From: Octopus bimaculoides
Lineage: Eukaryota
DNA: 64,000 nt
Assembly (NCBI RefSeq): GCF_001194135.2
Contig: NC_068990.1
Span: 30,559,668 to 30,623,667 of the forward strand
Direction: 5' to 3'
Part shown: positions 11,020 to 24,480 of the stretch, piece after piece
How positions within the stretch are numbered: the first letter of the stretch is position 1
Layout: each line of letters opens with the position of its first letter
Program-made: the position numbers and the translations under genes
The notes under the pieces: model-generated
What the model was told of the DNA's origin: nothing
Seen by the model: the letters and a program-made list of their open reading frames with translations, nothing else
Database searches by the model: none

Positions 11020-12491
11020 TGGTTTCAAATTTTGGCAAAAGGCGGCAATTTCAGGAAAGTGGGAAAGTTGATACTTATTCTATGAGCCCTGAAAGGATGA
11101 AAGTCAAAATGATCCTCAAAGGAATTTGAACTTGCAATATAAAGATGGATGAAACACCACTTAACATTTTGCCTGACATTCTAACAATTCTGCCAGCTCG
11201 CTGCCTTAATAATAACAACAATAATAATAATGATAAAGAAATAATTTAGCTATGCTCTGACTGTAATCTCCCATTTCCAAAATGTCATTTTCCATAACAA
11301 CACAAATTTTGAAAAGCAAACAAAAACAAAATGTCACAAAAGCAAAAAGGAAATAAATATCACCAAATTCAACTTTATTTTTAGTTTTGTTTCAATGTGA
11401 GGTTTGTTACATAAGGAATACAATTAGGGTTAATCTGCTGGAGCTATTTATTCTGCTGCCATCTCTGTACTTGATGTCTTTGGTCAATGACCGTTGTCTC
11501 AGTCTACATAGAATAACAGAGATAATAATGTTGTTCAGATCGGATTCTTGTTTTGCACAGTCAGAGGTTGGCTACCAGTTTCAGCTGTGAAAACTTGTAA
11601 ACACTGCAGTTCTCAGTTGAAAACAAATTACTGCTAATACCCTTGGTGGGTAGGTAAAGCATGGAACATCATACGAGCTTTCTCAACTCTGCCGAGTCAA
11701 AAGGCACCAGTGTCGGAGACCTAAGTCTCACAAACAAGCTGTCATTAAAGTGTCAGGCGAAATGCTTTCTGGCTTTCACTTCAGTTCTCTCTGCTCTGAA
11801 TTCAAATCCTATGAACATCAATTTTGCTTTTCGTCTCTTTTTATCTTTTATCTTTTACTTTTTTCAGTCATTAGACTGTGGCCATGCTGGGGAACTGCCC
11901 AGAAGAAATTTCAGTTGAACGAATCAACCCTAGGACTTCTCTTTCTTTTTTAATCCTGGTACTTATTCTATTGGTTTCTTTTGCTGAACTGCTAAGTTAC
12001 AGGCATGTTAACACACTATCACTAGTTGTCAAGCAGTGGTGGGGAACACACACACACATGCACATACAATGGGCTTCTTTCAGTTTCCATCTATCAAATC
12101 CACCAAGGCTATAGTAGAAGACACTTGCCTACGGTGCTGTGCACTGAGACTGAACCTGGAACCATGTGGTTGGGAAGCGAGCTTCTTACCACACAGCCAT
12201 GCCTTTTGTGGATGATAGTATCAATTCAAGGTAATGGTTCTTTATGTCCTAAGTTCAAATCCTGCCAAGGTCTACTTTGACTTTTATCCCCTTTTTAGGG
12301 GGTAGAGGCAGAGAACTAAGACGGGTGAGAAGCAATGCAATACAATGTATTTGAACAGGGATATGTCGTGAGAGGTACAACAATTCAAACAGTCAACTTC
12401 CTCCATGTCTAACATACCCTGACCTGTACATATGCTACGAGTTATTAAAGAAGTACATCTTCATTATAAAATCTCTATTATAAACTTTCAG

Positions 12492-12584
12492 GCCTATGAT
12501 ATATACCAAGACCCTGAAAAGATGGCAGCAGTCACTGTGGAATTAATTGCACGGAACAAAACCCAAACGCCAGTTCTGAAATTA
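12492..12584 (+). CDS. Metalloprotease exon B (prodomain): AYDIYQDPEKMAAVTVELIARNKTQTPVLKL
   Basis: tttcag acceptor, gtgagt donor, 93 nt, phase 0-0; YQD...AAV prodomain motif. Confidence 0.88.
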
Positions 12585-14320
12585 GTGAGTTAAATTTTTT
12601 TCAAATGTTTATTAAACTGAATAGAAATATTTTCTTGAGTTCAAAGAGAATACATTTGTAACTATGTTTGGAAAAATATATTGGTAGCCCTGTCTGGAAA
12701 AATATTTTTATCACCATGTCTAGAAGAATGAATATACACATATGTATACTCTTTTACTTGTTTCAGTCATTTGCCTGCGGCTATGCTGGAGCACCGCCTT
12801 TAGTCGAGCAAATTGACCCCATGACTTATTCTTTGTAAGCCTAGTACTTATTCTATCGGTCTGTTTTGCCTACATCTATAACCACAAACATATACCTCCA
12901 CCACACACACACACACACACACACACATATGTATACACTGCGTGGGTAGTAGCAGTGACACAGTGGTTATATTACTTTGTATATTTTCTATTTAGTGTTG
13001 GTATTGTCTCATTTATGACAAAGACTCATGCATCTGTCTTAACAATGAGTCTCTCGGGTATTTTAGACAAAATATATTTACTAATTTGGTTCTGCATGCT
13101 GCCATGTTGATTTTTGGCATGCTGATAGAGTATCAACAACTGTTTCCTGTTGTTATACTCCCAGTAGTGTCCATTTATCCTCTCAGCTAAACACCTACAA
13201 GTCTCCCATTGTGTGCTGTGTGCTGGTTCTTACAATCATCCTCCATACAGTTAGTCCAAGTCCAATAGAGACATGATTAAAGACATTCCAGCCATGATCA
13301 TCCAGCCTATTTCCACTCACATATAATATGTTGAAGATTACCTTAACAAATGTGCCTTTTCTTTTTTAAGAGAACAGAGTGCTATTTGAAGGAAATTTGG
13401 TTGATATTTCTTGCAGGGTAAGCAACTACATAAAGACCCTTTATCAACTCAGCATCAATTGATTTATGTGATAAAAGTATAAAATAAGCTACTGAGAGTA
13501 TAAAATAAAATACTGATAGCTTCTTCTTATGACATTCCTATCATTGTTCAATGATCGGTTGCATTATTCAGCAGCTCACCATAAATAGTGCTCTCACCCT
13601 GTATTCTGTTCATAGTGAACCCCTGAATAACACAACCAGTCACTGACAGCTTCATCCAACACAATTAATAAAGATTGTAAAACATTTGTAATAAATAACA
13701 ACTATGTACCAAAGAGATAATGATTTCATACCTGAATTTGTTTAGTCCTTTTGTTTACAACTTTGATGGTGTAAACCACAAATTTACTTTATTTTGTCAA
13801 ATAGGAAAGCACCTAAGCAGTTGTTTGGTCTTTTTGTTACCATATTTCAGCTGAAATGCATGGCCTTTTTTTCAATTTATTTTGAGAATCATGAAAAATT
13901 TAGTAAAATAACTTGTCATTATTATGCTGGTGTTTGGAACATAAATTAAAATGAAATTTTGATGGAAAGTTTTAATTTGGATCATTTTAGAATATAAAAT
14001 TTGTATCATAGAACCAGCATGATCTCAGGCAATATCAAAGAGATTAACCTGCTAGAAATAGCAGCAAGGTCCTCCCAAACCAAACTGTACTGTCTTAAAA
14101 AAAATGTAAAAACTAGATATAGAATGTTATTATCCTGGATATTCTTACATTGCTATCCTAGATGGTCTGTTGCCTGTGACTGACTTAAAACTAACGAACA
14201 GCGATAATATTTTAAATAAATTCTGTTTCTATCAAAATGTCATCAAATCCCACTTTGGGATGTTATTGATCTTTATTTCACCAATTCTCTTGTGTTTCTT
14301 TAAAATTAATTAATTTTCAG

Positions 14321-14444
14321 AATGGTGAATTCATTATTGGTGATGAATTATTTGAAATTGAGTCAGACAATACAGAATGGCTGGAATCACCAAACAAAAA
14401 CTTCCATTATGTCAAACGCAGATCAATTTTGAAGGCAGTAAACA
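14321..14444 (+). CDS. Metalloprotease exon C (prodomain end): NGEFIIGDELFEIESDNTEWLESPNKNFHYVKRRSILKAVN
   Basis: ttttcag acceptor, A|gtaagt donor, 124 nt. L-NG.F....E.F.IE...H.V.RR is typical of the ADAMTS prodomain C-terminus; KRR is a candidate convertase site. Confidence 0.9.
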
Positions 14445-14778
14445 GTAAGTGAACCAATTAAACCATTTTCAGATCTTTCTTAGATTCTTCTGGTTACCGA
14501 TTCCCTTTAAACTCATATTTCTCATTTATAACCTTGAACACGGTTCGAACATTCAACAGCAATCATTTGTTTAATTCTTGTTATTATCTTTTATTCTTTT
14601 ACTTGTTTCAGTCATTAGAACGTGGCCATGCTGCAGCACTGCCTTGAAGAGCTTTCAGTCAAGTGAATTGACCTCAGTACTTTTATTTTTTTAAGCCTTA
14701 ATCTGTTGTCTTTTGCTGAACTGCTATGTTACAGGGATGCAAATACACCAACATCAATTGTCAAGCGGTGTTGGAACA

Positions 14779-14827
<49 letters not shown>

Positions 14828-15829
14828 NNNNNNNNNNNNNNNNNNNNNNNNNNNNNNNNNNNNNNNNNNNNNNNNNNNNNNNNNNNNNNNNNNNNNNNNN
14901 NNNNNNNNNNNNNNNNNNNNNNNNNNNNNNNNNNNNNNNNNNNNNNNNNNNNNNNNNNNNNNNNNNNNNNNNNNNNNNNNNNNNNNNNNNNNNNNNNNNN
15001 NNNNNNNNNNNNNNNNNNNNNNNNNNNNNNNNNNNNNNNNNNNNNNNNNNNNNNNNNNNNNNNNNNNNNNNNNNNNNNNNNNNNNNTATGTATGTATATA
15101 TCTATATATATATACACACAATGGTTTTCTTTCAGTTTTCATTTACCAAATCCACTCACAAGGCTTTGGTTGGCCCAAAACTATGGTAGAAGACATTTTC
15201 CCAAGGTGCCACGCAGTGGGACTGAACCTGGAACCATGTGGTTGGGAAGCAAACTTACCACACAGCCATGCCTGCATCTATATTATTGTTGTTTGGTCCT
15301 TGGGTCATTCCTGATCAATCAGAACATTCCTGTTTATGAGTCCAAGACTTAACCTGTGACCCAGTGTGACACTACCAACTGCTCCGTGGGTGCCTCTAAC
15401 TGAGTCCAATCTGTTGCAAAAATTGAAACCATGTCTCCAGTCTGTGAATAACTTCCTTGCTTCCTTCCTTCCACAATCCTGAAGACCCAGTAAAATGATC
15501 ATTAATACTGCCCATCCTCCCATGTCTCACCTATTTGAGGGTGAAAAAGTTACATTTAATAATGCAGTACAAGGATGGCCACATTTGGTCACAATTCTAC
15601 TCAGTTAGAGCTGCTCTGGCCTCTACAACAGACAACTTCCATCTCCATATGTTACCAACCAGAAAATTCACCAGAAGAAATTTTGCTGTGAAGTAAACAG
15701 AATGTAATGATGTAGATTTGGAATATCTGCAAGAATATGGTTATGATGGAAGAATCTGGGAGAAGTGTTTTACTAAAGACACAAACAGTAAAGTCTCACA
15801 TGTTTGATACAGGGAACTAAAATCATGGG

Positions 15830-16440
15830 ATGAGGTGGTAAAGGACAATCTTCAAATGTTGGGCCTCACAGGGGCCATGACAAGAAACCGAGGCCTATGA
15901 AGATATGCCGTGTTCGAGAAGACCCATCAAGCCGAGCGAAATTGTAGTCATGGTCAATGTCAGTGTCACGTAACTGGCCCCATTAAAAGCACCCTTCAGT
16001 TGTTGGGCGATATGCTGTGCTTGTGAAGACCTGTTGAACTGAGCGAAAACGTAGTTGTGGCCAATGCCAAAGCCATCTGACTGGCACCCATGTCAGTGCC
16101 ACGTACAAAACACCATTCGAGTGTTGGGCCTCATGGAAACAGTGTTAGGTGACCAATACCCTTGGCAATATACCATCCTTGTGTTGATCTGTCAAGCCAA
16201 GTGAAACCGTAGTCATGGCCGACGCCAGTGTCAAGTCAATGACATCCATGTTGGTGGCACAGAAAAAGCATCCACTACACTCTCGGAGTGGTTGGCATTA
16301 GGAAGGGCATCCAACTGTACAAACTTTGCCAGATCAGATTGGAGCCTGGTGCAGATCCCTAGTTTACCAGTTTTCAGTCAAACCATCCAACCCATGCCAG
16401 CATGGAAAGTGGACGTTAAACAATGATGGTGATGATGATA
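15830..16440 (+). mobile_element. RTE-type LINE 3' end (ORF2 C-terminus, 3' UTR, (GAT)n tail)
   Basis: KSWDEVVKDNLQMLGLTGAMTRNR remnant, then the shared ...ttaggaagggcatcc...catggaaag..gacgttaaac-gatgatgat tail. Confidence 0.75.
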
Positions 16441-16753
16441 AATCAAGTTAATTTCGATTATCTTAATTGAAATTTAATTAAGAATACTAATGTGATTAGG
16501 AGAAGAAAATATCAAGTCATTTAATTATATATTTTCTTGTATGGGAAATTTTCCTACGGCAAAAATCTTTACAGTGAAATTTCCTGTAACCACTCACGAC
16601 AGACTTAAACTCTTTAACTTCCATATCAACTGCACTGGTCCCACTTGTCTTTTACTTCTTTCTGACTCTGGCAAGATTTGAACTGAGAACATAAAGATTC
16701 TAGTTTGTTCTTTTCTCATTGGCCTCCATTAAAGTTGGTGTTTCTTATTTCAG

Positions 16754-16847
16754 ATGGTAAAGTTTTAAAATCGAATATTCCTGAAGATTTGAAAGATCGA
16801 TATGGAGTTGAGCTGTTGGTCGTTGTTGGTCATAGTATCTATAAGAA
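16754..16847 (+). CDS. Metalloprotease exon D (catalytic domain start): NGKVLKSNIPEDLKDRYGVELLVVVGHSIYKK
   Basis: atttcag acceptor, AA|gtaagt donor, 94 nt, phase 1-2; VELLVVV first beta-strand of M12B. Confidence 0.92.
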
Positions 16848-18103
16848 GTAAGTAGAGCTTTGTCAATAGGGTTCCATAGTCTGTGATGCTGCATGGAGGA
16901 ATGAAAGCAAGACATAAGGGAAGAGTAATGATTCATGGAAGAATTTGAGTGATGTAGGCAAATGGGAGGGAAAGAATTGATGAAACAAAGGAAAGTTGGT
17001 GATACATGGAAAAATTGTTCAGGTGATCCATGGAGGAATGAAACATGGGACATTTATGAAAAGAGATTACACATAAAGAAAGGAATGAGAGTTAAACAAA
17101 TTCTAATTGTATAGAATTAGAGTTAGACAATGAGGAAGATGCTAGAGAGAGTAAATGTATGTGGGTACATGGGGTTAAAGGTGATATCACATAGAGTAAT
17201 GATTGTCTCACATCAGCAGGACTAAAGAATGTCTCCTCTTCTCTGCAATGTCTTCATACATTCATTCTTTTATTTATTTATTTATTTTTTTTTTTTGCTG
17301 CAAAAGTGAGAAAGAAGAAAATCAAAGCGGTAGGAGAAAGAGTGATAAAAGAGACACGCAGACAGCTATATGATGATTGTTGGTAAGGTGTTTGAATAGA
17401 AGCAACATGCTCGAGAGGATGATAGGAAAAGGAACAGAGGGAAATAACCAGAGTGGTAATATTATAAAAAAAAAGAGAGAGTAATAGAAAAGAATTAGAG
17501 TAATAGGAGCAATGGGGTGATAAAGAAGAGAGTAATAAAAGAGAAAGAGGGTGTGTGTGTGTGTGTGTTAGAAAAGAGGTAGGGTAATGGGAATGGAAAT
17601 AATGCAAGAGAGAGGTACAGTTCAGACAGACAGACAGTGATGGATATTAATGATGAGTAATAAAGGAAAGAGCAATATAGGAGAGAGAGAAAGAGAGAGA
17701 GTGGTAGATAGCAGTAAAACTGGAAGATAAAAATAAAGAGAGTGTGATGGATGTTAATAACGACCATCATCATCAGGTTGACATTGTTTTCTCCAGTTCA
17801 GCTTGTTGCAATCTGCTGCAATCTTGTCATCTTCACAAGGTGTTGCATCTTCACATCATTTCTGAGATCCAGTTTAACATGGTATTAACACACCTGTAGC
17901 TATAACTTTTGGTATACATAGACTGTGGTGTTAATGAACATGTGTGTGTGTGTGTCTTGGCACTTAATCTTTGGTATACCTTGTAGCTGGTCTGATTATA
18001 TATACATGTCATTTTGTAATTGATTAAATGCTGTACAAATAAGCAGTATGTAGTGATGTCTCATGTTGTCAACTCTGTTGTTTAAAGCAAGTTAAACAAA
18101 CCA

Positions 18104-18146
<43 letters not shown>

Positions 18147-18179
18147 TTGAAACTAAAGATATTCTCCTATTTTTTACAG

Positions 18180-18258
18180 ATTCCTCCAACAGAGCAACAA
18201 TAATTTTACTGAATCTATCAAAAGAATTCGTTATTATTTTTCCCATGTTGTTAATTCT
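18180..18258 (+). CDS. Metalloprotease exon E: FLQQSNNNFTESIKRIRYYFSHVVNS
   Basis: tttttacag acceptor, gtaagt donor, 79 nt, phase 2-0; IR.YF.HVVN helix. Confidence 0.92.
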
Positions 18259-18614
18259 GTAAGTNNNNNNNNNNNNNNNNNNNNNNNNNNNNNNNNNNNN
18301 NNNNNNNNNNNNNNNNNNNNNNNNNNNNNNNNNNNNNNNNNNNNNNNNNNNNNNNNNNNNNNNNNNNNNNNNNNNNNNNNNNNNNNNNNNNNNNNNNNNN
18401 NNNNNNNNNNNNNNNNNNNNNNNNNNNNNNNNNNNNNNNNNNNNNNNNNNNNNNNNNNNNNNNNNNNNNNNNNNNNNNNNNNNNNNNNNNNNNNNNNNNN
18501 NNNNNNNNNNNNNNNNNNNNNNNNNNNNNNNNNNNNNNNNNNNNNNNNNNNNNNNNNNNNNNNNNNNNNNNNNNNNNNNNNNNNNNNNNNNNNNNNNNNN
18601 NNNNNNNNNNNNNN

Positions 18615-18655
<41 letters not shown>

Positions 18656-19622
18656 CATAAACAAACTGCTGAGTGAGTTGGTATTTTACAAAAAATAAAG
18701 AAAAATCTCAAACGCAGGATAGCTATGAAAACAGCTTAGAAGATTGGATAAATACCCTTAGAAAACAGAAAATGTGACCAGCATGGTTGCTAGGTAATGA
18801 GTAATTATATGCCAGAAAATCATGGAAATAAAACAAGGTGCATTGGGGTCGATGTAATCAACTTATCTGAGATTGCTGGCCTTGTGCCAAATTTAAAACC
18901 AATATTATTTACAGTTGGAAAAATTGTTTAGAAATTCTTTGATATTGATGGAACGACTTATGGTGCAGGCCGTCTTTTAATGGTGACCAACCTGTTAGCA
19001 GCAATTCTGTGTGGTGTATTTAACTTTGTTGAAGAGTAGCAGGTGAGGTGAGGGGACATTGCAAAAGGGTTATAAAAGAAAGGATAATGGAATGCAATAG
19101 TTTGAGAAACAAATCTGAGAAACTCTGGACTAAATTAAACGTCTCCTTTCTTAGAAGTCAGAGTGTGATTTAACTGCTATTTCTAGCAGATCATTTCGAA
19201 ACAAAACTATACACGTGTCAGACATGTACGTATACTTGTATCTTCTGAATTTCTATTCTTTTACTTGTTTCATTCACTGGACTGTGGCCATACTGGGGCA
19301 CCGAATTAAAGGGTTTAGTCAAAGAAATCAATCCCCATATTTATTTATTTTTTTAAAGCTTGGTTACTCATTCTGTTGGTCTCTTTTGCTGAACCACTAA
19401 GTTACAGCGACGTAGACAACTCCAAAGACATGCCTGCACACACACATACACCCATATGATGGGCTTCTACACAGTTTCCATCTATGAAATTCACTCACAA
19501 GGTATTGGTTGGTTAGGGGCTATGGGTGAAAACTCTTACCCAAGGTGCCACACAGTGGAACTGATCCGGAAACCATGGGGTTATGAAACAAACTCCCTAA
19601 CTATATAACCATATCAGTGCTT

Positions 19623-19888
19623 TTACCATTTCAAAAAATTTTCCTGCTGTTTTGATGAATAAATAATTTAATTTTTTAATTACTGACTTCATAATTAATC
19701 CTCTCCTAACTAATTAGAAATTTCTTAATTTTTAGACACATTAGAAATTTCACCATTTTAAAAAGTTTTCCCACTGGGTTGATGAATTAATTTCTTAATT
19801 TTCTCTTAACTAATTAATAATTTCATAATTAATTAATCCTCTCATAACTAATTAGAAATTTCTTAAATTTTAATCAAATTAGAAATTT
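19623..19888. repeat. AT-rich tandem duplication, about 130-bp unit x2
   Basis: accattt.aaaaa.tttt...gatgaat...aatcctctc.taactaattagaaatttctta occurs twice. Confidence 0.7.
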
Positions 19889-21539
19889 AATACCTTCAAC
19901 TGTATTTACTAAGTCTCATATCACAGCAGTATATGTGTGCATGTGTGTGTGTATTTGAGAGAGAGATATAGTATAACGATACAGAATTTGGTTTAGGAAT
20001 TTTTTAATTAATGCAGTTCTGTTGTTAGTGTAATGCTAATAATATTTTATTGGTTGATAAATTAACACCAGTAAATTAATTAGCTCACCCACATGTTGTA
20101 TATTAAAACATTTTCTATATAGCCTTGAGCTGTTTTTTGTTGGTATTATGCCAACCAGATTCTGGGGCAATGGATTAACAGAATCATTGGAGAGTTGGAA
20201 AAAAAATATTTTGCAGTAATTGTTTTAACTCTTAATATTTTGAGTTCAATTCCTGCTGAGGTCAACTTTGCCTTTCATCCCTCCTGGAGTTGATAAAATA
20301 AAGTATCAGTCAAGTACTGGGGTCAACAGTATCAGCTCCCCTTCTCCTCTTCAACCCATTTTTCAGTTAATTTTGAAAATGAAGAATTTAGTAAAAGAAT
20401 TTCATTATTAATTAATCTGGTATTTGAAACAAATTAACATAAAATGTTGATGGACAGTTTTAATTTAAATCAGTTTCAGACAGTTTGGTGTGAAAAGGGT
20501 TAAAACTTCATGGCATGGGCCAAATATCAGAAACCATTATTTCAAAGGCAGCAAGCTGGCAGAATTGTTAGCATATTAGACAAAATTCTTAGTGGCATTT
20601 TTTCCAGCTCTTATATCTTGAAATCAAATTCCTCTAAGGTTGACTTTTTCTTTCATCCATTTTTGTTTTTTTTTTGTTTTTTGGTGGTGGTGGTTATCAT
20701 CATCATCACCATCGTTTAAAGTCTGCTTTCCATGCTGGCATGGGTTGAACGGTTTGACTGAGGACTGGCCAGCCAGGAGGCTGCACCAGGCTCCAATCTA
20801 ATCTAGCAAAGTTTCTACAGCTGGATGCTCTTCCTAACGCCAACCACTCTGAGAGTGTAGGGGTACTTTTTACATGCCACTGGCATGAAAGTCAGTCAGG
20901 CAGTACTGGCATCGACCACATTTGAATGGTTATTTTTTCATGCCACCGGCACAGGACCTGTCAGGTGGCACTGTATTTGGTGGGGGTGCCAATAAAATAA
21001 AGTACTTACTCTCTGAAACTGATGGCCTTGTGCTAAAGTTTTAAACCATTTTTTTAATAATACTGAATATTATGTTTTGACTTTGCTTTAAAGTATACAA
21101 GCTGCATCTGAGTCTCAACCAGAGATGTCAAGGGACAATTTTTAGCATCTAAAGATGCAAACAGGTGAGGCACCCTGCAATTGAACACACTGATGTCTGT
21201 GTGAAAAAAAGACAAAAAGTTTCTTCATAAAATTTATGACATCAAATGAATAAGGATTGTGTTTATATGGAGGGAACATTATGCAAAATACCTGAGATAT
21301 CCAAAAATATGATGTTTTGCATTCTTTTATTTTGAGGCTGCTCAGAATTTGATCTACTTATTTGTTTGCCCCATTGATGTCAAATAAGGTCAGTTAGTGA
21401 GGGCATGATTGATATAATCAAATTTATTTGCCATCTAAGACATGCGGTGGCCTTGAGTTTCTGTTAGAAATCAATGTTATATTTTGTTTAATTCCTCTGA
21501 TGTTAGATTCATTATCCCATTTTTAAAAATTTCTTTCAG

Positions 21540-21617
21540 ATTGATTTTAGATATGCCAATATTGGATTAAGAGATTTTGAGGTCTATGTACGATTATCTG
21601 GGTATTTACTCATAAAA
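21540..21617 (+). CDS. Metalloprotease exon F: IDFRYANIGLRDFEVYVRLSGYLLIK
   Basis: ctttcag acceptor, gtaagt donor, 78 nt, phase 0-0; continues VNS-IDFRY. Confidence 0.92.
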
Positions 21618-22405
21618 GTAAGTGAATCTTATGCTTATATACTTTACTTATTTATTAATGTCCATCAAAATGACAAGGAAGGCAAGCATCACATTCCTAC
21701 TTCTCAATTCTAAGGTTTCAATCTCTTCTGAAAAATTATAGGGATTTTGTTTCTATTTTGTTAATAATGTCTTTGTAATCAGTTCAAACCCTACCACAGT
21801 TGACTTAAGCATTCATCTTTCTGGGTCAGTATAACAGAGTTCCTGCCATATACAAGAATTGGTGTAATTGTCTCTTCCAAAAAACAAAATGTCTTTTAGT
21901 ATTTTGTCAAGTTATTTTGTTTTGGGATTTGATTCCCATCAAAATACACTTGGTCTTTCAGCCTTCTGAAGCTTCATAAACTAAGCTACCAGTCATATAC
22001 TGGGGCCTTTATGATTAGCACATGGGGTAAAATGCTTAGTGGTATTTTGTCCGTCTTTACATTCTGAGTTCAAATGCTGCCAAGGTCGACTTTGCCTTTC
22101 ATCTTCTTTGGGATCAATAGAATAAGTACCAGTTGAGCACTGGGGCTGACTTAGCCCTTTCCCAGAAACTACTGGCCTTGTGCCAAAATTTGAAGCCATT
22201 ACCATGAAGGACATCATCATCATCATCAACATAAACACCACAACCATGTCACAATCACCCCCACCATTACCATTGTCACCATTATTACCACTACCATCAT
22301 TACAGCCACAACCACCACTACCAGCATTGCCATCTTCATCACCCTAGTCATCATCATCATCACCATAAATATTTCCAGTGTCGTCCTCTTTTGTTTCTAA
22401 ACCAG

Positions 22406-22557
22406 AATGCTTCCAGTACACCATTCATAACGAATTCCCTCAAACGTGTCAACAACACCTACAAGTTAAATGGTACAACAGCATTAGATGGACTAAAACA
22501 GTTCTTGGGATCTCAAAAGGATTATCCCAATTATGACCATGCCATGATGTTTACAGA
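22406..22557 (+). CDS. Metalloprotease exon G: NASSTPFITNSLKRVNNTYKLNGTTALDGLKQFLGSQKDYPNYDHAMMFT(D)
   Basis: accag acceptor, GA|gtaagt donor, 152 nt; YDHAMMFT matches the D.A.L.T strand of M12B. Confidence 0.93.
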
Positions 22558-22620
22558 GTAAGTAATATAACAACCAACCATCTTGTTATTTTTTTATTCA
22601 TTATTTATTTCCAAGGGGCA

Positions 22621-23036
22621 CAAGCATGGCTGTGTGGGTAAGAAGCTTGCTTCCCAACCACATGGTTCTCGCTTTAGTCCCACTGCAGGGCACCTTGGGC
22701 AAATGTCTTCTACTATAGACCTTGGCCAATCAAAGCCTTGTGAACAGATTTGGTAGATGGAAGCTCAATGAAGCCCATCATGTATATACATGTGTGTGTG
22801 TGTGTGTGTGTGTCCTTGTATCAGTGTTTATCCCCCCACCACCACTTGACAACTGGTGATGGTGTGTTTTCGTCCCCATAACTTAGCAGTCCATCAATAG
22901 ACATTGACAGAATAAAGGTCAGGCTTTAAAGAAATAAATTAGTTCTGGAGTCAACCCATTCAATTAAAAATTCTTCAAGGCAGTGTCCCAGCATGGCCAC
23001 GGTGCAATGACTGAAACAAGTAAAGGATAAAAGATA
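22621..23036 (+). mobile_element. tRNA-derived SINE family A (internal (TG)n), near full length
   Basis: Head gcatggctgtgtgg...ggttc; tail gactgaaacaagtaaa. Copies on - at about 11845-12202, 14585-15265, 19250-19612, 42005-42357, 46255-46640, 52255-52572 and 60380-60765. Confidence 0.8.
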
Positions 23037-23173
23037 ATGCGAAGGTCATTGAATAACTCTGAACCTTAAACCCTGAGTTGTACCAACCGGGGACCAGTTA
23101 AAACATGCTCGTGAGATATTTGAATCTGTGAAAGCTTTTCCCTGCAGTTTGTCATGGAGCAAAACTTTATCAC

Positions 23174-23400
23174 TTAACCCTTTAATATCTAAACCAGTCA
23201 TATCCAGCCCCAAACATTCTTGTTTTTGTTCAGGTTGGTCAAGATCTGACCTTTCAAACCTACCCTACAATGTCATTCTAAAAATAAACAACCGTATCGT
23301 TGAAAGCTTGAAGCTATGAGATGAGGCGTGATTAATTCAAAACAATGTGAATAAATAAATATTAACATTTGACCGAATAATGTGAATGCTAAAGGGTTAT
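23174..23400 (+). mobile_element. piggyBac-like MITE (TTAA-CCCTTTA ... TAAAGGG-TTA)
   Basis: TTAA/TTAT flanks and CCC termini; same-family copies in reverse at about 4116-4306, 47028-47196 and 59649-59873. Confidence 0.7.
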
Positions 23401-23997
23401 GGCAATAAAGGAAGCATTGCCGCTTTTATTGTCTTTGAGCTGCTGCTTTCAGTATTTGGTGTTGAATCAAATAAACAAGTTTGAAATGCATCCACCAGTC
23501 AAATCTCAGGCATTCTAAACTGACTTTGGTGTGTTTAACATCTTTTTGTCTTCAGCAAGAATATTTTCTCTGTAACAATCTGCAGTGGAAAGTCTTTACA
23601 GGTTCAAATACATCTCAAATATATTTGAACAGGTTTTAGGTTAGAATACTTTTTTGCACTGCTCCTGCGCATCTACTCACTTCTAATTCATATCAGGCTA
23701 AGGTGCATCCTGAATTTGAAAGTATCCAACCAAGGGAAAATTGTATGGCAGACTTACACTCATGAGCAAGAGAGAGAGAGAGAGAGATGATGAACACAGT
23801 TGGCAGCAAAGAGTCCATAATGGACCAGACTTCAGTTGATTTTCTATCCCAGCATGCTTAGCTCTCCTCTGTTTCAAGGATGAAAGAAAGTCAATCAAAG
23901 CAGGGTTGGAGTGGGGGGCATAAAATTTTGATATGTCTGCTCTGCGTTTGTTGCAAAATGTTTTAATCTGGCAATTATTGTTTTTTTCATCTTCCAG

Positions 23998-24032
23998 TTA
24001 TGATGCCTTCCACCCAAGGAAGAGAATTCTTG
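23998..24032 (+). CDS. Metalloprotease mini-exon H: YDAFHPRKRIL(G)
   Basis: cttccag acceptor, G|gtaagt donor, 35 nt. Phase 2-1 is exactly what is needed to bridge exons G and I. Confidence 0.9.
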
Positions 24033-24177
24033 GTAAGTTTTTATGTTTTCTGCCAAGGTGAAAATTCCATGCTATGGTGAGGGTGTAACATACTGTGATT
24101 AGACACAAGATGGGGGTAGGGTGGAGAATAATGTAATGCAGTGTGTGATGGTGATGGTGGGGGGGGGGAGTGTGTGG

Positions 24178-24480
24178 TGGTGCATGGTCTAGTGATTAGG
24201 GTGTTGTGGTCAAAGTCGCAAGATCATGGGTTCGATTCCTAGATCAGGCAGTGTGTTGTGTTTTTGAGCAAAACATTTCACCATGCATTGCTCTGCTGTC
24301 ACTTCGACACCTGATGTGTGGCACATTGTGCCCCTGCTCAGGTAAACATCGATTTAATGGAGGGAGTGAGATAATGTGCAGCACAAACATTTGATTTCTA
24401 CAAACAGATCATTCTATGCAGGTTGTTTAGCAAGAAACTGCAGAAGCATCTATCTTGGACTCAAGAGACCAACATTGCAA
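24178..24480 (+). mobile_element. tRNA-derived SINE family D
   Basis: Head gtggtgcatggtctagtgattaggg...gggttcgattcc (A and B boxes), followed by non-tRNA body sequence. Confidence 0.6.

Noticed and set aside
17755-17855. Minus-strand Cys-containing peptide EDATPCEDDKIAADCNKLNWRKQCQPDDDGRY
   Set aside because: An in-frame TGA lies immediately upstream, there is no compatible acceptor, and it is on the opposite strand to the protease; likely chance.
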